From a virus (Duplodnaviria > Caudoviricetes), in the IMG/VR virus record IMGVR_UViG_3300020161_002501, positions 1-36,464 of that record: a stretch of 36,464 bases of DNA. One strand, 5' to 3'. The notes under the pieces are model-generated. The model searched no databases and had not been told where the DNA came from. It saw only the letters and a program-made list of their open reading frames with translations. Position numbers and translations under genes: made by a program. This document shows, piece after piece, positions 1 to 4,357 of the stretch. Position 1 is the first letter of the stretch, and each line of letters starts with the position of its first letter.

Positions 1-1
1 C

Positions 2-211
2 CCCCTGCAGACCATCCTCTCTGCTGATCGCTACCCCTACGCTGTGGCGATGGTGAAGGACGGTAAGATCGCCTGCACCATGGCATACGCTGCCACCCTA
101 GAGGACTGCTACTTCCAGGTCCAGGGTTGGCGTGGTTGCTACAGCAGCGCCGCCTACATCATGGCAGAGCAGCGTGAGCGCAACGGCAAGTCCTACTGGG
201 TGGCGGTTTGA
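2..211 (+). CDS. 5'-truncated small hypothetical protein, first visible cassette of the GC-rich array
   Basis: Frame is open from the window edge (PLQTILSADRYPYAVAMVKDGKIACTMAYAATLEDCYFQVQGWRGCYSSAAYIMAEQRERNGKSYWVAV) to TGA 209-211. High GC3 codon usage; the stop is immediately followed by the cassette repeat. Confidence 0.7.
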   Translation, partial: PLQTILSADRYPYAVAMVKDGKIACTMAYAATLEDCYFQVQGWRGCYSSAAYIMAEQRERNGKSYWVAV

Positions 212-218
212 TCCGCCA

Positions 219-255
219 GGGGCACTTGACGGGTGCCCCACCCATCGTCTACAAT
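219..255 (+). promoter_or_regulatory. Hairpin-embedded sigma70-type promoter, copy 1
   Basis: Stem GGGGCAC(219-225)/GTGCCCC(233-239), loop TTGACGG; -35 TTGACG 226-231; -10 TACAAT 250-255 (18-nt spacer); ATG at 282. Confidence 0.8.
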
Positions 256-281
256 TCCAGAAGTTCACCACCCGAACCACC

Positions 282-521
282 ATGCGCCTCAAGCAAGTGA
301 CCACCACCAGCACCGAAGTGGAACTGGCAAACGGCACCTGTGTGCTATTCTCATACCAGACCCCCGTTGCCGCCCTGGTGCCTGGCAAGGGTTGGATCCG
401 CACCGCGACGAAGTGGAGCGTGACCACCAGCAAGCACATCAACCGCTGGCTGGCAGAGAACTGCGGTGGAGATGTTGCCACCGTGCCCCAGTGGGAACTG
501 GATCAACTGGTGGCGTTCTGA
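282..521 (+). CDS. Small hypothetical phage early protein (79 aa, MRLKQVTTTSTEVELANG...LFSYQTPVAA...SVTTSKHINRWL)
   Basis: ATG lies 26 nt after the -10 box. The ORF-track start at 132 runs through the promoter repeat and is unlikely. The SYxTPVA...SxTTSKHIN pattern looks like small phage proteins. Confidence 0.8.
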   Translation: MRLKQVTTTSTEVELANGTCVLFSYQTPVAALVPGKGWIRTATKWSVTTSKHINRWLAENCGGDVATVPQWELDQLVAF

Positions 522-528
522 TCCTCAC

Positions 529-565
529 GGGGGTGCTTGACAGGCACCCCCCGACCGACTACCAT
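529..565 (+). promoter_or_regulatory. Hairpin-embedded sigma70-type promoter, copy 2
   Basis: Stem GGGGGTGC(529-536)/GCACCCCC(544-551), loop TTGACAG; perfect -35 TTGACA 537-542; 17-nt spacer; -10 TACCAT 560-565. Confidence 0.85.
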
Positions 566-589
566 TAGCAAGCAACCGACCCACACCTC

Positions 590-784
590 ATGACCAACAC
601 CTTCTACGTTGCCTGCCCCGCCCTTGGTGAGGCAGAGACCGTGACCGACCTGGACCGTGCCATGGACCTGTGCTTCTCCATGCACGATGAGAGCGGCGAC
701 TATGCCTACATCCGCGACGCTGCTGGCGACATCGTGGGTGAGTATGGTGACGTTCTCCAGAGCATCGCTGACCTGCTGTTCTGA
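590..784 (+). CDS. Small acidic hypothetical protein (64 aa)
   Basis: ORF track; ATG 24 nt after the -10 box; ends in TGA followed by the cassette repeat. Confidence 0.8.
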   Translation: MTNTFYVACPALGEAETVTDLDRAMDLCFSMHDESGDYAYIRDAAGDIVGEYGDVLQSIADLLF

Positions 785-811
785 TCCTCACGGGGGGCGC
801 TCCTGCCCCCC
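778..811 (+). repeat. Cassette repeat with a hairpin but no -35 in the loop
   Basis: GTTCTGATCCTCACGGGGG at 778-796 is identical to 515-533. Stem GGGGGGC(792-798)/GCCCCCC(805-811), loop GCTCCT; no recognisable -10. Confidence 0.75.
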
Positions 812-838
812 TTCCTACACACCCCCAACCACACCCCC

Positions 839-997
839 ATGCGCTGCATCCTCCCTACTGCCTTCGCTGCCTTCGCCGTGCTGCTGGGCACCGCCACCCT
901 GCAACGGGCAGATGCCACGATCAACGTCTATCATGAGCAAACCGCCGAAGCACTCTGCAAGGCAGACCCTGCCTGGTGCGGTGACACCCGCCGCTGA
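839..997 (+). CDS. Small protein with a signal-peptide/TM-like N-terminus (52 aa)
   Basis: Translated by hand: MRCILPTAFAAFAVLLGTATLQRADATINVYHEQTAEALCKADPAWCGDTRR*. Below the ORF-track cutoff; C-rich leader like its neighbours. Confidence 0.65.
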   Translation: MRCILPTAFAAFAVLLGTATLQRADATINVYHEQTAEALCKADPAWCGDTRR

Positions 998-1008
998 TCG
1001 ACTATAAT
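978..1008 (+). promoter_or_regulatory. Degenerate cassette promoter overlapping the upstream ORF end
   Basis: Short stem GCGG/CCGC around TGACAC; GTGACA 981-986; perfect -10 TATAAT 1003-1008 in the shared CGACTAnAATTCCAGAG context; ATG 25 nt later. Confidence 0.6.
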
Positions 1009-1033
1009 TCCAGAGCACACCGCAAGGCACCCC

Positions 1034-1228
1034 ATGAACGGCATCCGCATCGGCACCCCCTACCAGGACGTGAGCCTCTCCTACTGCAGCGACGACAACA
1101 CCTACACCGAACACCCCATCACCCGCCTGGGTGTTGCCTGCCCCCTGGAGTGGGCACCACGCCCGCCCCAACCCGAAAGCATCATCGACCTGTGGCAGGA
1201 GATGTTCGGTGACTGCCCCATGCCCTGA
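1034..1228 (+). CDS. Small hypothetical protein (64 aa)
   Basis: ORF track; preceded by a -10 box and a C-rich leader; ends in TGA. Confidence 0.7.
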   Translation: MNGIRIGTPYQDVSLSYCSDDNTYTEHPITRLGVACPLEWAPRPPQPESIIDLWQEMFGDCPMP

Positions 1229-1234
1229 TAGAAT
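1226..1234 (+). promoter_or_regulatory. Extended -10 promoter (TGnTAGAAT) overlapping a stop codon
   Basis: TGA 1226-1228 followed by TAGAAT 1229-1234 and TCTC, as in the copy at 1735; ATG 22 nt downstream; no clear -35 or hairpin. Confidence 0.5.
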
Positions 1235-1256
1235 TCTCTCAACCGCAACCGATCCG

Positions 1257-1442
1257 ATGACCGTGATCCTCACCCCGATCAGCAGCAAGGCGAAGAACCG
1301 CCTGGCAAATCAGATGGCAGGCGACCCCGTGGTGGTGGTTGAGCAGCGCCAGGGCAACGACCTGTTCTGCGTGAGCAGCAACCGCACCTGGTGCGCCTGG
1401 GTCAACTGCCTCACCGACCCGAACTGGGCAGTTCGATTCTGA
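1257..1442 (+). CDS. Small hypothetical protein (61 aa, MTVILTPISSKAKNRLANQM...)
   Basis: In-frame ATG 1257 within ORF-track 1131..1442, positioned after the -10 box; ends in TGA plus repeat. Confidence 0.75.
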   Translation: MTVILTPISSKAKNRLANQMAGDPVVVVEQRQGNDLFCVSSNRTWCAWVNCLTDPNWAVRF

Positions 1443-1449
1443 TCTGCCA

Positions 1450-1484
1450 GGGGCACTTGACGGGTGCCCCCCATGCTGTAGAAT
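1450..1484 (+). promoter_or_regulatory. Hairpin-embedded sigma70-type promoter
   Basis: GGGGCAC-TTGACGG-GTGCCCC at 1450-1470 (1446-1470 is identical to 215-239); -10 TAGAAT 1479-1484; 16-nt spacer. Confidence 0.8.
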
Positions 1485-1510
1485 TCCAGAGCAAACCAAC
1501 GGAGCGCACC

Positions 1511-1696
1511 ATGCCCGCAACTGCCACCAAGACCTTCCGCTTCGACGCCACCTGGATCGGTGACGACGGCATCGAGTCTGAGATCCTCACCATTGAGGCA
1601 GCAACCCTTAAGGAGGCAACCGCTGCAGCAGTGGTTCAGATCAACGGGGTCAACTCCTTCGCGGATTGCCTGATCGACCTGCAGCGCCTCCGCTGA
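1511..1696 (+). CDS. Small hypothetical protein (61 aa, MPATATKTFRFDATW...)
   Basis: ATG 26 nt after the -10 box; GGAG at 1501-1504; ends in TGA plus repeat. Confidence 0.75.
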   Translation: MPATATKTFRFDATWIGDDGIESEILTIEAATLKEATAAAVVQINGVNSFADCLIDLQRLR

Positions 1697-1703
1697 CCCC
1701 TGC

Positions 1704-1740
1704 GGGGGCACTCACGGGTGCCCCCTCCATGCTGTAGAAT
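1704..1740 (+). promoter_or_regulatory. Hairpin cassette with a degenerate -35
   Basis: Stem GGGGGCAC(1704-1711)/GTGCCCCC(1718-1725), loop TCACGG; -10 TAGAAT 1735-1740. CCATGCTGTAGAATTC (1727-1742) is identical to 1471-1486. Confidence 0.7.
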
Positions 1741-1764
1741 TCTCAAGCACACCGCACCCGATCC

Positions 1765-1944
1765 ATGATCCTCTCTGCTGCCTCCCGCCTCTCTGATCGC
1801 CAGATGGTCTGGGTTGCCCGTAAAAACAACGTCGAATCGTTCAACCGCCTGACCACCGACTACGGGGTGCCTGCCACCGTATGGGCAGCGCAGTTCGCTG
1901 ATGTCCATGCCGCCGACGTGAAGGCGCCGACCTGGAGGGATTGA
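1765..1944 (+). CDS. Small hypothetical protein (59 aa)
   Basis: Translated by hand: MILSAASRLSDRQMVWVARKNNVESFNRLTTDYGVPATVWAAQFADVHAADVKAPTWRD*; ATG 24 nt after the -10 box. Confidence 0.7.
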   Translation: MILSAASRLSDRQMVWVARKNNVESFNRLTTDYGVPATVWAAQFADVHAADVKAPTWRD

Positions 1945-1969
1945 CTCCTGCCTCCTGATCGACTACCAT
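1934..1969 (+). promoter_or_regulatory. Hairpin-embedded promoter whose -35 contains the upstream stop codon
   Basis: Imperfect stem GGAGG(1934-1938)/CCTCC(1951-1955); TTGACT 1941-1946 includes TGA 1942-1944; 17-nt spacer; TACCAT 1964-1969. Confidence 0.75.
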
Positions 1970-1993
1970 TAGCAAGCAACCGCAACCGCCCAG

Positions 1994-2254
1994 ATGCTGA
2001 CCTCCATCATCCGCACCGCGATCCGCACCCGCCTGATCAAAGACGGCCCGATGACCTGCAGCGACCTGGTTCGCGCCATGGGCATGGACCCCCGCCGCCA
2101 CAAGGGCACCATCCACGCCCTCATGGTTGACATGGAGAAGGACGGCACTCTGGATGCTACCCGCTCCGACAGCGGCAAGCGCGACCTCTGGTTCATCGTG
2201 CCGACCGCGATCCGCAAGCGGGACCGCATCGCTGCTGCCATGGCAGGCATCTGA
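1994..2254 (+). CDS. Putative winged helix-turn-helix DNA-binding protein (86 aa)
   Basis: Pattern IRTRLIKDGPMTCSDLVRAMGM...TIHALMVDMEKDGTL...GKRDLWFI matches wHTH architecture (GPxTxxELxxxLG, recognition helix, wing ending in W), similar to the FaeA/PapI style. Confidence 0.65.
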   Translation: MLTSIIRTAIRTRLIKDGPMTCSDLVRAMGMDPRRHKGTIHALMVDMEKDGTLDATRSDSGKRDLWFIVPTAIRKRDRIAAAMAGI

Positions 2255-2263
2255 TCCGCCAGC

Positions 2264-2301
2264 GGGGGCGCTTGACGGGTGCCCCCTCCATCGACTACAA
2301 T
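2264..2301 (+). promoter_or_regulatory. Hairpin-embedded sigma70-type promoter
   Basis: Stem GGGGGCGC(2264-2271)/GTGCCCCC(2279-2286) with one G-T pair; loop TTGACGG; -10 TACAAT 2296-2301; 18-nt spacer. Confidence 0.8.
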
Positions 2302-2326
2302 TCCAAAGCAATCGACACCGCACCCC

Positions 2327-2590
2327 ATGACCACCACCGCTCCGATCTTCCGCCCCTTCACCACTGAGCAGAGCAGCGCCATCGCCAACATCGAAATCGA
2401 CGGCACCGCTGTGGAGGTGATCTTCCAGAGCAACGCCGACCGTGCCTACGGGTTCGATGCCACCCCTGCCTTCGCTGCCCGCCTGATCGAGGTGATCTCC
2501 TCCCCCGACCTGCTGGGCCTCTCCCTGGGGCGCCTGATCAGCGATGCCCGCCGCAGCGGCGACCTGCAGCAGATCGCTAGCGAGATCTGA
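2327..2590 (+). CDS. KTSC-domain-like small protein (87 aa)
   Basis: SSAIANIEID...VEVIFQSN..RAYGF...SLGRLI resembles the KTSC pattern (SSxIxxIxY..LxVxF.....YxY....SxGxxx); ATG 25 nt after the -10 box. Confidence 0.55.
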   Translation: MTTTAPIFRPFTTEQSSAIANIEIDGTAVEVIFQSNADRAYGFDATPAFAARLIEVISSPDLLGLSLGRLISDARRSGDLQQIASEI

Positions 2591-2597
2591 CCCCTAC

Positions 2598-2634
2598 GGG
2601 GCAGGTTGACGCCTGCCCCATCATCGACTACCAT
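2598..2634 (+). promoter_or_regulatory. Hairpin-embedded sigma70-type promoter
   Basis: Stem GGGGCAGG(2598-2605)/CCTGCCCC(2612-2619); the loop is exactly TTGACG; 17-nt spacer; TACCAT 2629-2634. Confidence 0.85.
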
Positions 2635-2658
2635 TAGCAAGCAACCGCACCGCACCCG

Positions 2659-2850
2659 ATGACCAGCACCACCATCGACGGCATCCAGTTCACCATCACC
2701 CGCCTGCCCGTGGCACACGGCACCCGTGCCAACCGCTGGGCGAACCAGATCAAGGGCGGCAGCACCCGCGTTCGCACCCACGGCGGAGCAGCAGGCAGCA
2801 GCGCCACCCGCATGAGTACCGCCAACAGCGCCCTGGGCGACGTGCAGTGA
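2659..2850 (+). CDS. Small basic hypothetical protein (63 aa), last cassette
   Basis: ORF track; ATG 24 nt after the -10 box; ends in TGA. Confidence 0.7.
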   Translation: MTSTTIDGIQFTITRLPVAHGTRANRWANQIKGGSTRVRTHGGAAGSSATRMSTANSALGDVQ

Positions 2851-2858
2851 CGGCAGCA

Positions 2859-2878
2859 GGGGGGCGGCAACGCCCCCT
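2859..2878 (+). terminator. GNRA-tetraloop hairpin closing the array (terminator-like, weak U-tract)
   Basis: GGGGGCG(2860-2866)-GCAA-CGCCCCC(2871-2877), just after the last ORF; followed by TCCGTTCGTTCG rather than poly-T. Confidence 0.5.
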
Positions 2879-2970
2879 CCGTTCGTTCGTGCGATACAGC
2901 AGTATAACGCTAGCGTGATGCCGTTCGTTCGTGTGAAACAGCAGTATTATCGTATAACGGTATCGTGATG
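2879..2970. repeat. Imperfect tandem direct repeat (2 copies, ~42-50 nt)
   Basis: CCGTTCGTTCGTGCGATACAGCAGTAT (2879-2905) vs CCGTTCGTTCGTGTGAAACAGCAGTAT (2921-2947); GTATAACGCTAGCGTGATG (2902-2920) vs GTATAACGGTATCGTGATG (2952-2970). Confidence 0.85.
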
Positions 2971-3029
2971 GCGGGCGCCGTGTGGCTAAAAACCGATGGA
3001 TCCCCCAATCTATAAAGTGTTACCCAAAC

Positions 3030-3116
3030 AAGACTTATAATTCTCTAAAGATAAAAAAAAATCCCCCCCCCATATAATAAGTCTTATAATTCCCGAAAGG
3101 TAAAAAAATTTTCCCC
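3030..3116. repeat. Imperfect AT-rich direct repeat (2 copies, period ~49 nt)
   Basis: AAGACTTATAATTCTCTAAAGATAAAAAAAAATCCCC (from 3030) vs AAGTCTTATAATTCCCGAAAGGTAAAAAAATTTTCCCC (from 3079). Confidence 0.75.
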
Positions 3117-3191
3117 ATAAAAATTCTTCAAATAAGTCGCACATAAATTTAAAATTTACTATATAAAACGAAATGTAAAGTAATGAATGGA

Positions 3192-3365
3192 ATGAAAAAA
3201 AATCTTGATGAAAATCGCCAGCTACTGCAAGTGGACCCAGTGAGTGGGGAATATTATGTGGTTATTCCCGAATGTATGGTAAATGAATTTTCGTGGTATG
3301 AAGACACTGAAATAATATTGAAAGTCGATGGAGATGAATTAATCTTGCACGAAAACAAAGATTGA
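3192..3365 (+). CDS. AbrB/MazE-like swapped-hairpin small protein
   Basis: GEYYVVIPECMVNEFSWYEDTEIILKVDGDELIL fits the AbrB pattern (V.IP..+...L.W..G..+.+.+....+.+). Start could be 3183 or 3192. Confidence 0.6.
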   Translation: MKKNLDENRQLLQVDPVSGEYYVVIPECMVNEFSWYEDTEIILKVDGDELILHENKD

Positions 3366-3371
3366 GACTGT

Positions 3372-3400
3372 TTGACTTTTTATACATAATACTGTATGAT
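3372..3400 (+). promoter_or_regulatory. sigma70-type promoter (no hairpin)
   Basis: TTGACT 3372-3377, 17-nt spacer, TATGAT 3395-3400; ATG at 3424. Confidence 0.7.
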
Positions 3401-3423
3401 ACTGAAGTAAAATTATTCCTATT

Positions 3424-4185
3424 ATGGCTAAAGGATTTACTGTAAAAGCAAAGACTCCACTTCCATCAAGCTCATCTGAACCAGAATTTGATTACGAAAA
3501 AGCCCGTGAAATTATTCGCGGAAAATCTATCGTTTTCTGTTTGCCTGGTAGAGGAGTTTCTTACACGTACTTAAAGAATTTCGTTCAGCTCTGCTTCGAT
3601 CTTGTGCAGAACGGGGCAAGCATTCAAATTTCACAAGATTACAGTTCCATGGTGAACTTTGCACGATGCAAGTGCCTTGGAGCAAATGTATTGAGAGGTC
3701 CCGATCAACTTCCATGGGACGGTAAGTTAAATTACGATTACCAACTTTGGATCGATTCGGATATTGTATTCAACACCGAATCATTTTACCGCCTTGTTCT
3801 GATGGACAAAGATATCGCAGCAGGTTGGTATTGCACTGAAGACGGTATGACTACTTCTGTTGCACACTGGTTGGACGAAGAAGATTTCCGTGGAAACGGT
3901 GGTGTCATGAACCACGAAACACTGGAAACAATCTCCAAGCGCCGCAAACCATTCACTGTTGATTACACTGGATTTGGTTGGTTACTGATTAAGAAAGGTG
4001 TATTTGAACACACTGAAATGAAGTATCCTTGGTTTGCACCTAAAATGCAAGTTTTTGAATCTGGAGAGGTTCAAGACATGTGTGGAGAAGATGTCAGTTT
4101 CTGTTTGGATGCAAAAGAAGCAGGATTTGAAATTTGGTGCGATCCTCGCATTAGAGTTGGTCACGAAAAAACAAGAGTTATTTGA
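3424..4185 (+). CDS. GT-A-fold (family 2-like) glycosyltransferase-like protein
   Basis: DxD motif WIDSDIVF; TGFGWLLIK; GEDVSFC; C-terminal VGHEK. These are typical GT-A motifs. Confidence 0.7.
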   Translation: MAKGFTVKAKTPLPSSSSEPEFDYEKAREIIRGKSIVFCLPGRGVSYTYLKNFVQLCFDLVQNGASIQISQDYSSMVNFARCKCLGANVLRGPDQLPWDGKLNYDYQLWIDSDIVFNTESFYRLVLMDKDIAAGWYCTEDGMTTSVAHWLDEEDFRGNGGVMNHETLETISKRRKPFTVDYTGFGWLLIKKGVFEHTEMKYPWFAPKMQVFESGEVQDMCGEDVSFCLDAKEAGFEIWCDPRIRVGHEKTRVI

Positions 4186-4355
4186 TGTCTAACAAATCTG
4201 TCGAAAGGTATAATATTCTCTGTAAAGGGCGTAAAATTTATACTAATCTTACAGAGGAAGAATATTTTCAAATCATGGAGGATCTGTCGATTCAATTTTA
4301 TCAGACAGGTTCTCCAAGTCCAGAAGAACTTGAAACTGAAATTATAGGAGAATAG
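4185..4355 (+). CDS. Small acidic hypothetical protein (56 aa)
   Basis: TGATG stop/start overlap; MSNKSVERYNILCKGRKIYTNLTEEEYFQIMEDLSIQFYQTGSPSPEELETEIIGE*. Confidence 0.75.
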   Translation: MSNKSVERYNILCKGRKIYTNLTEEEYFQIMEDLSIQFYQTGSPSPEELETEIIGE

Positions 4356-4357
4356 CA

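Noticed and set aside
1994-2254. Z-alpha (Z-DNA-binding) domain call for the wHTH protein
   Set aside because: It has a terminal Trp in the wing but lacks the Asn/Tyr of the recognition helix and the Pro-Pro before the Trp that define Z-alpha.
132-2326. Longer ORF-track starts (132, 1131, 1391, 2279)
   Set aside because: They overlap upstream genes and cross the hairpin promoters. Internal ATGs at 282, 1257, 1511 and 2327 sit at the conserved distance from the -10 boxes.
219-2619. Hairpins as ordinary intrinsic terminators
   Set aside because: No U-tract follows on either strand and the loops hold a conserved TTGAC. A termination role is not excluded but is not supported as a standard call.
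209-2647. Repeat array read as a CRISPR array
   Set aside because: The repeats are degenerate, the intervening segments are ~160-270 nt intact ORFs of uneven length, the repeats contain -35/-10 boxes, and no cas genes are present.
209-2647. Classical integron attC cassette array
   Set aside because: No GTTRRRY/RYYYAAC core sites or long imperfect attC palindromes, no tyrosine integrase in the window, and the cassettes carry their own promoters, unlike most integron cassettes.
98-2870. Many overlapping minus-strand and alternative-frame ORFs in the track (e.g. 98..481, 815..1288, 1841..2323, 233..568, 657..1007)
   Set aside because: These are shadow ORFs expected in high-GC coding DNA. They run through the promoter repeats and lack promoter or leader context, while the + strand set tiles the region cleanly.
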